Below are positions 19,039 to 28,338 of a stretch of DNA of 64,000 nucleotides, piece after piece. Below the pieces are notes generated by a model. That model was not told the origin of the DNA, did no database searches, and saw only the letters and a list, made by a program, of their open reading frames with translations. The stretch is from Acidobacteriota bacterium. GTDB lineage: Bacteria; Acidobacteriota; UBA6911. The position numbers and the translations under genes were made by a program. Position 1 is the stretch's first letter. The number at the start of each line of letters is the position of its first letter. Location: NCBI GenBank assembly GCA_963664705.1, contig OY761556.1, positions 3,808,001 through 3,872,000 of the forward strand, read 5' to 3'.

Positions 19039-19683
19039 CTAGATTTCCTTCTCCAAGGGCAACATTTGAATCATGCTAAAGCCCAAAGACTTGAAATAGG
19101 AAATAAGATCGCCATCATGCCATTCCACCAGAGTCTGGATCTTCCGGACGTTCTTCTTCCGAAAATGGTCCACCAGCGTGGCCCCCAGCTTGCGGCCCAC
19201 GCCTTTCCCCTGGTATTCAGGATCAACGCCCAAAATCAGGATCCAGCCGGTCATTTCAGACCGGCCGAATTCCCAGCGCCGGACTTCCCCAATCACAAAA
19301 CCAACCAGTTTCTGGTCGATCTCCGCCCCCAGGATCATCAACGGATCACCGTGCTGCAGGTGGTAAACCGTTGTATCTTTCAGGGAGACAAGCTTCTCCT
19401 TGTCGGAATCCTGCTCCCCTACGATTTTTGCCTGAATGCGAAGGATGTCTTCGAGGTCGTCCATCCCAAGGAATCGGATGGTAATGGCTGCCGAAATATC
19501 GGTCCAAAGTTTAGTGCGGCCGACTTGATTGTAGTGGATCTTTCCCTCTGCGCGAAGTACTTCCAGGTATTTGGCTACAGTGTGGCGGGTTAGGTTCAGT
19601 CGCTCGGCGAGTTCTTCCATTTGAATGCCGGACTTGGCGGACTGGAGGATCTTCAGGATATTGTTCTGGATGTTTTCTTCCAT
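19039..19683 (-). CDS. Winged-HTH / GNAT acetyltransferase fusion (putative regulator)
   Basis: N-terminal ELAERLNLTRHTVAKYLEVL..EG HTH; C-terminal GNAT motif A LGVDPEYQGKGVG and YFKSLGF. Confidence 0.8.
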   Translation of the reverse strand: MEENIQNNILKILQSAKSGIQMEELAERLNLTRHTVAKYLEVLRAEGKIHYNQVGRTKLWTDISAAITIRFLGMDDLEDILRIQAKIVGEQDSDKEKLVSLKDTTVYHLQHGDPLMILGAEIDQKLVGFVIGEVRRWEFGRSEMTGWILILGVDPEYQGKGVGRKLGATLVDHFRKKNVRKIQTLVEWHDGDLISYFKSLGFSMIQMLPLEKEI

Positions 19684-19701
19684 ACAACACTCGGCGCCAT
19701 G

Positions 19702-19753
19702 GGTTACCGATATTGGTTACCGATAGAGTAGTCAGCACGCCGAGGAGTGTCAA
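19702..19753 (-). promoter_or_regulatory. Sigma70-like promoter TTGACA-17-TACTCT with a tandem TATCGGTAACC repeat over the start site
   Basis: -35 at 19748-19753, -10 at 19725-19730; plus-strand GGTTACCGATA at 19702-19712 and 19715-19725. Confidence 0.65.
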
Positions 19754-19809
19754 GGAGAATTCGTGGGATTCATAGTTAAAAGCTTCTAACCACGAATCCC
19801 ACAAAAGGC

Positions 19810-20604
19810 CTATTTATCCTCCCAGACAGCCTTGCGGCGCTCGATAAAAGCCATGATCCCTTCATTGCCATCATGGCTCGCCAGCACTTCAGTCACATAC
19901 TGGCGCTCGAGACTATCCAGCGTATCACCAAGTGCAACAAGGATGCCGGAGCCTGTGCGCGCAACCTTCGCAGCCTGGCGAATTGCAAAAGCAGACAGTG
20001 GACGCAGAGTATTGCGGTACCAGTCGAGCATCTCTTCATCGAGGCTCCCGCCTGAAAACAGAGCGGAGACAAATCCCACCCGCTCCGCCGTTGCGGCGTC
20101 GATTGTCGCTCCGGTCAGAATCATCCTTTCCGCCAGTGCGCCCCCCAGCCGATGGGCACCGATGGCGCCCAGAACCGGCGGAAAAACTCCAAGTTTGATT
20201 TCCGGGCATCCGAAATTTGCGCTGGGAGCGGCAAAAACAAGGTGACAGGCAAGAGCCAATTCAAATGCGCCGCCAAGACAGGCCCCTTCCACCAAAGCTA
20301 CAACAGGGACTGGATAGGACGCCACTTGACGAATCATCGCATGAAACCCGGCGAGCATGGCCGGAGCCTGATCCTTTTTATGTTCTTCCACTGAAGCCCC
20401 GAAAGAAAAATGACTCCCCGCCCCGCGAATAACCACCATGCGAAGGCGAGGGCTATTCGCATGAGCGGAAAGCGCTTCGGAGAGTGCCTTCATCATCTCC
20501 ATCGAAAGCACGTTGCCTTTTGGTTTATCGAGCACCAGGCGAAGCAGCGTATCCTCTTCAAGAAGGCTGATGTTTACAACGGGCGAAGCAGTTTCTGTGG
20601 GCAT
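19810..20604 (-). CDS. dch: Cyclohexa-1,5-diene-1-carbonyl-CoA hydratase (Dch/BamR)
   Basis: Crotonase fold, PKGNVL, HFSFGASVEEH, CLGGAFEL, PEIKLGVFPP, SHDGNEG; start at 20604 with AAGGAG RBS. Confidence 0.9.
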   Translation of the reverse strand: MPTETASPVVNISLLEEDTLLRLVLDKPKGNVLSMEMMKALSEALSAHANSPRLRMVVIRGAGSHFSFGASVEEHKKDQAPAMLAGFHAMIRQVASYPVPVVALVEGACLGGAFELALACHLVFAAPSANFGCPEIKLGVFPPVLGAIGAHRLGGALAERMILTGATIDAATAERVGFVSALFSGGSLDEEMLDWYRNTLRPLSAFAIRQAAKVARTGSGILVALGDTLDSLERQYVTEVLASHDGNEGIMAFIERRKAVWEDK

Positions 20605-20693
20605 AAAGACTCCTTGGCTACTATTGGATTTCGGATTATGGATCGGGATTCCGGATTGAGGTCGAATTGGCTTTTTCAATCCGGAATCACAAT

Positions 20694-21743
20694 CTACGCA
20701 CGCGGATCCATTACCATTCGCTTCTCCAATTTGTGGGCAGCCATGTCGGCAAGATAATCATTCACCTTGGACATGGGGCCATAAGCAATAAATGGATCCA
20801 GCTTCACCTTTCCCTCCTGAATCAAACGGAGTACTCCGGGATAAACTTCCGGAGGACATCCCCAGGTTCCATGCAGCGTTGCATCAAACGCCATCAGGTT
20901 GGACAGCCTCACATCAATTTTCGTGGGCGTGTATCCCACCTGCAGCATCGTCGCACCTCGTTCGAGGAGTCCATAAGCAGTTACCTGTCCGGGTGCGCTG
21001 CCGCTGCATTCGAAAATCTTGTACTGGAAGGTGGGCGCGCCTTTGGCAAATGCTCGCACCTGCTTGCGGAGTTCCTTCGGATCCAGGTTTGCAAGATTGA
21101 TAATCTGCTCTGCTCCATATTGGGCAATCAAAGCCAGCCGTTCGACAACGATATCGCAGGCAAGAACTCGCGCCCCGAGTGCGCTGGCAATCTGCACTAC
21201 AAAACCTCCGACGCCGCCAGCCCCGATAACAATTGCGACATCACCCGGGCTGAGACTGGCACGAAGGATCGCCTGGTATGCGGTGGACACGGCATCCGCC
21301 ACCACCGAAAGAGCGGCCGGGTTGTCCATCGAGCCGATCTTGATCAGCGGAGGGGCGGGCACAAGGAAGTGAGTTGAGAATCCACCGTCGATATCGTTCC
21401 CCGGCATTTTCTGATTCGGGCATGCGTTCCCTCGTCCCGCTTTGCAAAACGGGCACTCGCCGCAAGGAAGCACGGCCGGCACCAGAACAATGTTGCCAAC
21501 CAGCGGTTCAAAATATTTTCCGGCTTCAACAACGCGCCCAACGGCCTCATGTCCCAATACGATGGGAGTTCCTTTCTTCGTTGGCACGGATCCATCGGCG
21601 TAGCCCAAGTCTGTGTGACAAAGCCCGCAGGCGATCACTTCGACAATAGCTTCAGTCGGTCCGGGAGCCGGAATCGGCAAGGGACGGCGCACCAATGGGG
21701 ACTTCGGAGTCTCCAAAACATATGCTTCAGCGGTCACTGGCAT
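20694..21743 (-). CDS. had: 6-hydroxycyclohex-1-ene-1-carbonyl-CoA dehydrogenase (Had/BamQ)
   Basis: Zn-ADH motifs CGLCHTD, GHE, CGECPFC...C, QKMPGND, SNLMAFDA, WGCPP. Confidence 0.92.
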   Translation of the reverse strand: MPVTAEAYVLETPKSPLVRRPLPIPAPGPTEAIVEVIACGLCHTDLGYADGSVPTKKGTPIVLGHEAVGRVVEAGKYFEPLVGNIVLVPAVLPCGECPFCKAGRGNACPNQKMPGNDIDGGFSTHFLVPAPPLIKIGSMDNPAALSVVADAVSTAYQAILRASLSPGDVAIVIGAGGVGGFVVQIASALGARVLACDIVVERLALIAQYGAEQIINLANLDPKELRKQVRAFAKGAPTFQYKIFECSGSAPGQVTAYGLLERGATMLQVGYTPTKIDVRLSNLMAFDATLHGTWGCPPEVYPGVLRLIQEGKVKLDPFIAYGPMSKVNDYLADMAAHKLEKRMVMDPRA

Positions 21744-21769
21744 GTCTTTTCTCCATTTCCTGGAAGGTT

Positions 21770-21853
21770 CTTGGAGTGCGCAGGCTTGCTTGCGCCTTCA
21801 CAACAATCGTGAAGGCAAAGCCCAAAGGCGGCAGCAAGCCGCCGCACTCCAAG
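21770..21853. repeat. REP doublet, family A
   Basis: CTTGGAGTGCG...CGCACTCCAAG between oah and had. Confidence 0.75.
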
Positions 21854-21855
21854 CA

Positions 21856-23016
21856 TTATTTCTTGCTGCCTGCTGGTTGAGGAGCTCCCAACACCTGTTC
21901 CATGAACCATTCGTCGACGAGAGCGCCTTCCGAGATGAGCTGACGATATTTGATGAAGTTGATGGTATCCGCGTTTGTTATCTTCTTGGTGTTAAACGCG
22001 CCGAAGCCAAGGAAGGCTTCGCCCATCATATTCGCGGCAAGCCAGTGCCGGTTGGGATTCTTGATCTGATCCCAGAAGAACTTCTTCTTATTCCGGATCC
22101 CATCAATAGACATGATCAGGCATCCGGGGAAGAGATTTGCAAAGGTCCAGACAATTTTGTCTACTTCGGCATCGAGGAGGGAAAAATCGTAATCGTTGTT
22201 CTTCAGCTTTTCATTTACCCAGGCGCGCGCCTTTTTCAAATCATCACCGGTTTTATACTCGCCATAAACGATTTCCCCATTCTGGACATAGGTATCGGTT
22301 ATGATTTGAGGATTCCGCACCCACTCCCCCTTCTCGTCCTTGAGAACAGGAACAACCTTGGACACAAGGTTTTTCGCCTTCATTTTGTAGGCGCTCCACA
22401 TTTCACAACTGATGCAGTTCCACATGGCATCTTCAGCGGTAAGGAACCAGGGCAGGAAATCCGAGGCACCTCCAACGGGAGCGGATCCATGCCGCGGGCC
22501 GGCCTGCCCGAATATGGCTAAATCCGATGTCACCGCGATATCGCAAGCCAGCCCGATCTCCTGGCCACCGGCCACCCTCATGCCGTTTACACGGCAGATA
22601 ACCGGTTTCTTGCACATCAGAATGGAGTCCACCATATTGTTGAAGAGCTCCATATACGCGCCGTACTCCTCGGGTCGTTTGCTGTAATATTCCGAGTATT
22701 CCTTGGTATTGCCGCCGGTGCAGAAGGCATTAGGTCCGGTCCCGGTAAATACGACCGCAACCACTTCCCGGTCGACGGAGGAATTCTCGAATCCAGCAAT
22801 AACGCCCTTCACCATTTCGGTTGTATAGGAATTGTATTGCGCGGGGTTGTTCAGCCGAATCCAGGCCACAAAAAGCCCTGGGACGACATTCCCCTTCGGG
22901 TCCTTCAATGGCGTTTTTTCATATACTACGCAAGGGGAATCCACGCCCCAATGCTCCGGGCCGAATCTGCTGTGATCCTTTTTCCCATGCTCTCTCGGCA
23001 TCCAATCTAGTCCCAT
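21856..23016 (-). CDS. bamA: 6-oxocyclohex-1-ene-1-carbonyl-CoA hydrolase (Oah/BamA)
   Basis: QYNSYTTEMVKG, FCTGGNTKEY, RVNGMRVAGGQE, FGQAGPRHGSAP, WLAANMMGEA. Confidence 0.95.
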   Translation of the reverse strand: MGLDWMPREHGKKDHSRFGPEHWGVDSPCVVYEKTPLKDPKGNVVPGLFVAWIRLNNPAQYNSYTTEMVKGVIAGFENSSVDREVVAVVFTGTGPNAFCTGGNTKEYSEYYSKRPEEYGAYMELFNNMVDSILMCKKPVICRVNGMRVAGGQEIGLACDIAVTSDLAIFGQAGPRHGSAPVGGASDFLPWFLTAEDAMWNCISCEMWSAYKMKAKNLVSKVVPVLKDEKGEWVRNPQIITDTYVQNGEIVYGEYKTGDDLKKARAWVNEKLKNNDYDFSLLDAEVDKIVWTFANLFPGCLIMSIDGIRNKKKFFWDQIKNPNRHWLAANMMGEAFLGFGAFNTKKITNADTINFIKYRQLISEGALVDEWFMEQVLGAPQPAGSKK

Positions 23017-23285
23017 ATTGATCTCCTTGCGGAATGAAGAGAATGGTTCTGAGACACCTACAGGCGGGCGAATGCCGCCTTCAGAACTGGTTAGTTCGAG
23101 GTTGAAAAAAGGAACAGAGCAACTTATGACTAATCCTTTTCTTAATCTCCTGTCAAGGGGATTTGCTCATTTGGGCACCAAAGAAATGGACGACGCTGAA
23201 GACTACGAAGAAAAAAATAATATTTTTCCTCAGTGTCTCTGCTTTTTCCCGTGTTCTCCGGAGCTCGCATGATAGGATTCACCGG

Positions 23286-25592
23286 ATGGACATATTGGCT
23301 AATTTAAATCCCCCGCAGAGGCTTGCGGTTGAACATGGACGCGGCCCGGCGCTGGTTCTTGCCGGTGCCGGAAGCGGGAAAACCCGCGTCATTGCATTCC
23401 GAATTGCATACTTAATACAAAATGCGGCGGCTCGTCCCGAGAACATCCTGGCGGTGACCTTCACCAACAAGGCGGCCAAGGAAATGCGGGAGCGCGTTCA
23501 AAAAATTGTAGGCCCCGCCCGCACCGCCGAACCATTAATATCTACATTTCACTCTTTCTGCGTACGGCTGCTGCGACGGGAAATTCACCATCTCGGATAT
23601 AAGCGCGATTTTTCCATCTATGATACAGACGATCAAAAACGCCTGATCAAGCAGACGCTGGATGAACTGAACAAGCCGGATCTTGATCTTTCGCCTCGGG
23701 AAGTCATCAGCCGTATCAGCTTTGCCAAAAACCACGGGATTACGCCGGAGACATATCCCACGGTCTTTCCATCGGATATTGCCGAGCACGTGCAGACCCT
23801 TTACAACAAGTACAACAGCCGGCTGAAGAATACCAACTCGCTCGATTTCGACGATCTGCTCCTCAAGTCTGTCGCGGTCCTGGAAAAGATCCCCGAACTG
23901 CGGAAATACTACAGCGACTGGTACAGCTACATCCTCGTCGATGAGTACCAGGACACGAACCGTCCGCAATACCAGCTTTTGCGGCTGCTCACAACGTCGC
24001 ACCAGAATCTCTTTGTCGTCGGCGACGAAGATCAATCCATCTACAAGTTCCGTGGTGCGGATATTCAGAATATACTCAAGTTCGAAAAGGACTTCCCGGG
24101 CGCAAAAGTCATCAAGCTGGAACAAAACTATCGCTCGAAGGGAAATATCCTGCGTGTAGCCGGCGCAGTTGTCGAAAACAACACGGAACGCAAAGGGAAA
24201 ACCCTTTGGACCGAAAACGACAGCGGCGATGTGGTTACCTGCAAATGCATCGAAAGCCCGCGCGACGAGGCCAACTGGGTTGCCCGGCGGATCAAAACAA
24301 TCCTGGAAGATCAGCCGAGCGGCCATATTGCAATTCTCTACCGGGCCAATTTTCTTTCCCGGAATTTTGAAGACGTTCTGACCAATGAAGGAATTACTTA
24401 TGCCGTCGTAGGTAGTGTCGCCTTCTTTGGGCGGATGGAAGTGAAGGATTTGCTGGCGTATCTGCGAGTCATCTTCAATCCCGAAGACGATGTGGCGCTT
24501 CTGCGCATCCTCAACACTCCGCCCCGCGGCATCGGGAGCACTACCATTGATATGCTCACCGCCGCAGCCCTGGAACAGGGAATTCCAATCCTGCAGGTGC
24601 TTCGGGAGAAAGCGCGAGATCCGCAACTGCCGGGCCGAACCAGTAAAGCGCTGCTGCGATTCCAGGAACTCGTGGATAAATGGGCGGCCATGCTGGACAA
24701 ATCCACAATCGGCGAACTGCTCGAGATGATTGTAAAGGACATCCAGTACAAAGAGATGCTGGACAAGCAAGAGGCCAGCGCCGAAGTTGAAAACCGGCTG
24801 GCCAATATTGAGGAATTGATCCGGGCTGCCGGCGAATCGCAAACAAGAGGCGAGACGATTGCGGAATTCCTCGATCGCGCCGCGCTATCATCGGAACTGG
24901 ATCATCTCGATCCGAACTCCCGCGTGTCGCTGATGACGCTGCATAGCGCCAAGGGGCTCGAGTTCGAGACTGTATTCCTGGCCGGAATGGAAGAAGGCCT
25001 GTTCCCGCATTCACAATCTTCCGGATCCAATGAGGACCTGGAGGAAGAACGACGGCTTTGCTATGTCGGCATTACGCGTGCCAAGGAAAAACTCTTCATC
25101 ACCTGGACCCCCTTCCGCAAGGCATACGGACCCGAGGCGGGATTCCCAGCCCAGCCGTCGAGGTTCTTGAAGGAGATGCCTTCGGATCTGGTTGAGGGGC
25201 TCGACGATGGACCGGAGTATTTTGATCAGCGCCCCAAAATGCGGAACCGCCTCTACGAAGAAACGGATACGTATAAAGCTGGCATTGTCTACCGCCCCAA
25301 AAGCAGCGTTACGCGGGAAGAGCCACAGCCTCAGGCGGGACCCAAAACGATTGCTGAACTGAAAGCCTACATCGAGGAAAAAGAGAGGCAACGCTTCTCC
25401 GGAAAGACAGCGGAAGCGCCCAGAAGCGGATCGGGCGTCAAGACCGGAACCCGTGTGCGGCATGAACAGTTTGGCGACGGCATCGTGCTCAGCAAGGAGC
25501 GGTCAGGAGATGATTTCAAGCTGGTTGTCACCTTCAGCCGCGTCGGCAAGAAAACTCTGATGGAGAAGTACGCGAAATTAAAAACGCTTTAG
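23286..25592 (+). CDS. uvrD: UvrD/PcrA ATP-dependent DNA helicase
   Basis: LAGAGSGKT, TFTNKAA, VDEYQD, GDEDQSIY, EQNYRS, HSAKGLEF, EERRLCYV, C-terminal Tudor-like domain; ATG at 23286. Confidence 0.93.
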   Translation: MDILANLNPPQRLAVEHGRGPALVLAGAGSGKTRVIAFRIAYLIQNAAARPENILAVTFTNKAAKEMRERVQKIVGPARTAEPLISTFHSFCVRLLRREIHHLGYKRDFSIYDTDDQKRLIKQTLDELNKPDLDLSPREVISRISFAKNHGITPETYPTVFPSDIAEHVQTLYNKYNSRLKNTNSLDFDDLLLKSVAVLEKIPELRKYYSDWYSYILVDEYQDTNRPQYQLLRLLTTSHQNLFVVGDEDQSIYKFRGADIQNILKFEKDFPGAKVIKLEQNYRSKGNILRVAGAVVENNTERKGKTLWTENDSGDVVTCKCIESPRDEANWVARRIKTILEDQPSGHIAILYRANFLSRNFEDVLTNEGITYAVVGSVAFFGRMEVKDLLAYLRVIFNPEDDVALLRILNTPPRGIGSTTIDMLTAAALEQGIPILQVLREKARDPQLPGRTSKALLRFQELVDKWAAMLDKSTIGELLEMIVKDIQYKEMLDKQEASAEVENRLANIEELIRAAGESQTRGETIAEFLDRAALSSELDHLDPNSRVSLMTLHSAKGLEFETVFLAGMEEGLFPHSQSSGSNEDLEEERRLCYVGITRAKEKLFITWTPFRKAYGPEAGFPAQPSRFLKEMPSDLVEGLDDGPEYFDQRPKMRNRLYEETDTYKAGIVYRPKSSVTREEPQPQAGPKTIAELKAYIEEKERQRFSGKTAEAPRSGSGVKTGTRVRHEQFGDGIVLSKERSGDDFKLVVTFSRVGKKTLMEKYAKLKTL

Positions 25593-25650
25593 TCTCGGAT
25601 TCCAGGTTATAGCTCCGGCTTTATCTGGAATCTGGAATCTCCAAACAGCT

Positions 25651-27132
25651 ATGCAAATCCTCAAGCGAAGGCCGATTGCAGATCTGCTCGCGAACGAGGA
25701 ATCGCCGCACGGGTTGAAGCGTTCGCTTGGTGCCGGCGATCTCATTATGCTCGCGATTGGTGCGGTCATTGGCGCAGGCATTTTTGGCGCGATCGGCACT
25801 GCTGCCGCGGGACAGGTCGATGCGGCCGGAAATGTCATCCGCGCCGGCGCGGGACCGGCGCTGATCTTTTCCTTCCTGATGCTGGGAGCTGTCTGTACGC
25901 TCGCCGGACTCTGCTACGCCGAACTCGCATCCATGATTCCCCAGGCAGGAAGCGCTTATGCGTACTCCTACGCCACGCTGGGGGAACTGGTCGCATGGAT
26001 CATCGGATGGGATCTGATCCTCGAATATGCGGTCGGCAACGTTGCGGTTGCCATATCTTGGGGGGACTATTTTGGCACGCTGCTTCGCGGTATTGGGATC
26101 GATTTGCCTCAGTGGTTGACGACTGGATACCGGACGGCGCTGCTTAGCGCCGATCCATCCATTCATGGCTTACTCCAAACCGCACCGAGAGTTTTCGGCC
26201 TTCCCATTTTGGTGAATATTCCAGCCTTTGCGATAGTCCTATTCATCACCTGGCTCCTGTTGCGCGGCGCGAGGGAGAGCGCCACGGCCAATAACATAAT
26301 GGTGGGAATCAAGCTGATTGCGCTTGCGTTGTTCGTGATCGCGGGCCTGATGCACCTGGACGGCAGGAATTTTCACCCGTTCGCTCCGAATGGATTCAGG
26401 GGAATCCACCAGGGTGCCGCAATCGTATTCTTCGCCTATATCGGGTTCGATGCCATTTCCACAGCCGCAGAAGAAACTCGGAATCCTCAAAGAAATCTGC
26501 CGATCGGCATTCTTGGCGGGTTAGCTATCTGCACGGTTATTTACGTCATTGTCGGGACGGTGTTGACAGGAATGGTCTCGTACAAAGAACTGGCGGTGGC
26601 CGATCCTCTGGCTCGCGCTCTCCAGGTAGCGGGATACCAGAAAGTCGGATGGATCGTCGCCCTCGGAGCCGCCATTTCAATGGCTGCCGTGCTTCTCGTG
26701 TTTCAGTACGGTCAGCCGCGCATTTTCTTTGCGATGGCACGCGACGGTTTACTGCCGAAGTGGGCCGCTCGCGTCGATCCGGTGCATCGAATCCCGTATG
26801 TCACCACGCTGATAACAGGCATCGCCGTGGGGCTGGCATCGCTCATTGGCGACGCGGCAGAAACCTATGATCTCACCAATATAGGGACTCTGTTTGCGTT
26901 CGCATTGGTATCGATCGGCGTGCTGGTGCTGCGCTATAAGGACCCGCTTCGCCCACGGCCATTCCGCGTGCCGTTTGTCTGGCCTGTCGCGCTGGGAAGT
27001 GCTGCGGCCTGTCTTTTTGTCATGAAGGGTTTGCCCAAACAGGCCTGGACGCGTTTCGGCGCATGGCTTCTCCTGGGCCTCGCGATTTACCTCTTCTACG
27101 GCTACCGCCACAGCAAACTCCGGGAGCCTTAG
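25651..27132 (+). CDS. APC-family amino acid permease
   Basis: GAVIGAGIF, YAELASMIPQAGSAY, FFAYIGFD, AEETRNPQRN; about 12 TM segments. Confidence 0.9.
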   Translation: MQILKRRPIADLLANEESPHGLKRSLGAGDLIMLAIGAVIGAGIFGAIGTAAAGQVDAAGNVIRAGAGPALIFSFLMLGAVCTLAGLCYAELASMIPQAGSAYAYSYATLGELVAWIIGWDLILEYAVGNVAVAISWGDYFGTLLRGIGIDLPQWLTTGYRTALLSADPSIHGLLQTAPRVFGLPILVNIPAFAIVLFITWLLLRGARESATANNIMVGIKLIALALFVIAGLMHLDGRNFHPFAPNGFRGIHQGAAIVFFAYIGFDAISTAAEETRNPQRNLPIGILGGLAICTVIYVIVGTVLTGMVSYKELAVADPLARALQVAGYQKVGWIVALGAAISMAAVLLVFQYGQPRIFFAMARDGLLPKWAARVDPVHRIPYVTTLITGIAVGLASLIGDAAETYDLTNIGTLFAFALVSIGVLVLRYKDPLRPRPFRVPFVWPVALGSAAACLFVMKGLPKQAWTRFGAWLLLGLAIYLFYGYRHSKLREP

Positions 27133-27188
27133 CCCTATCCACCGGTGGAACGGGTCTCCTGACTTGACCGAATTAGTACAACCCCATT

Positions 27189-27452
27189 AACCGCGAAGAC
27201 CGCAAAGACCGCAAAGAAAATATTTTTGCAGGTTTTGCGGTTATCATTCTCGCCAGATCATACCCTGGATTCCATCCTTGATGCTTCATACATTAGTCAC
27301 CGCTGATAAACGGACTCCAGCAATCCTGGCGCTGTATGGATTGCTGAATCGACAATATGATGCGCAACTTCTTTCCTATCCATCACACTATCTCATTGCC
27401 CAGCAGCAAAATGAGCCAAAAAATCTTTGCGGTCTTCGAGGTCTTCGCGGTT
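27189..27452. repeat. 29-bp inverted repeats built from 9-mers (ACCGCRAAG) enclosing a decayed gene
   Basis: AACCGCGAAGACCGCAAAGACCGCAAAGA (27189-27217) versus TCTTTGCGGTCTTCGAGGTCTTCGCGGTT (27424-27452), 2 mismatches. Confidence 0.75.
27244..27383 (-). pseudogene. Internally deleted GxxExxY-family remnant
   Basis: MDRKEVAHHIVDSAIHTAPGLLESVYQR*LMYE, then in another frame IKDGIQGMIWRE*; GLLESVY is the family motif and most of the middle is missing. Confidence 0.7.
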
Positions 27453-27478
27453 CAAATATAAAAACTGATCAACGCCAT

Positions 27479-28333
27479 TTATCTTTTCGCAAGGCCGGCG
27501 AGAGTGGCAAGGTTCATCAGGTCCTCCTCAATACCGGAACCTTTGGGAGTTTCCAATATTTTCGGAATTGCAGAAAAGCGCCTATCGTTCATCAAAAAGC
27601 GGAAGGCATCGAGCCCAATATATCCCTGGCCAATATGGCAGTGGCGATCCACATGACTGCCAAGATCCTTTTTGCTGTCATTCATGTGAAATGCTTTTAT
27701 TTTGCCAATTCCGATCTTTTGATCGAATTCGCGAATCGTCCGGTCATACCCATCCCGCGTGCGAATATCATAGCCCGCGGCAAACAGGTGGCAAGTATCC
27801 AGGCAGACTCCTACACGCTCCGGAGATTTCAGCTTCTCCAATATGCCGGCCAGTTGTTCAAATCGATCACCGAGGCAGCTGCCCTGGCCAGCTGTGTTTT
27901 CCAGGAGGATCTGTACCGGCGGCTCGGCTTCCTTTAATGCCCTGTCCAGGGATTTTGCTACCTTGGAAATGCCAGCCGCAATCCCTGACCCGGTGTGCGC
28001 TCCGGGATGCATTACGAGGTATGGTACGCCCAGAAAATTCGCGCGGCGCAACTCCTCCGCAAATGCAGCCAGAGACTTGCGGTGAAGTTCGGGATCAGGC
28101 GATGCAAGGTTGATCAGATAGCTGTCATGGGCAACAACACTCACAATCTTGCTGTTTTTGCGCGCTTCCTTGAATAATTCACAATCAGGCTGCGTGAGCG
28201 GTTTGGCTTTCCACTGGTTGCTGTTTTTCAGGAATATCTGGATAGCGCGGCATTGCAGAGCAGTGCCGCGTTCGAAGGCTTTATATAAGCCTCCGGCGAT
28301 CGATACATGTGCGCCAGTCAGTAATTCACTCAT
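27479..28333 (-). CDS. nfo: Endonuclease IV
   Basis: GAHVSIAGG, HDSYLINL, HPG, LENTAGQG, DTCHLF, HMNDSK, DRHCHIG, ILETP. Confidence 0.93.
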   Translation of the reverse strand: MSELLTGAHVSIAGGLYKAFERGTALQCRAIQIFLKNSNQWKAKPLTQPDCELFKEARKNSKIVSVVAHDSYLINLASPDPELHRKSLAAFAEELRRANFLGVPYLVMHPGAHTGSGIAAGISKVAKSLDRALKEAEPPVQILLENTAGQGSCLGDRFEQLAGILEKLKSPERVGVCLDTCHLFAAGYDIRTRDGYDRTIREFDQKIGIGKIKAFHMNDSKKDLGSHVDRHCHIGQGYIGLDAFRFLMNDRRFSAIPKILETPKGSGIEEDLMNLATLAGLAKR

Positions 28334-28338
28334 GAAGC

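Noticed and set aside
23084-23097. Palindrome GAACTGGTTAGTTC between bamA and uvrD as a LexA box
   Set aside because: Spacing is N6, not the Gram-positive GAAC-N4-GTTC, and there is only one copy; it could still be another operator
27297-27299. TGA in the GxxExxY remnant as selenocysteine
   Set aside because: The gene is also internally deleted and frameshifted, so a nonsense mutation is the simpler explanation
27278-27937. 219-aa plus-strand ORF
   Set aside because: Antisense to nfo and to the GxxExxY remnant, and runs through a repeat
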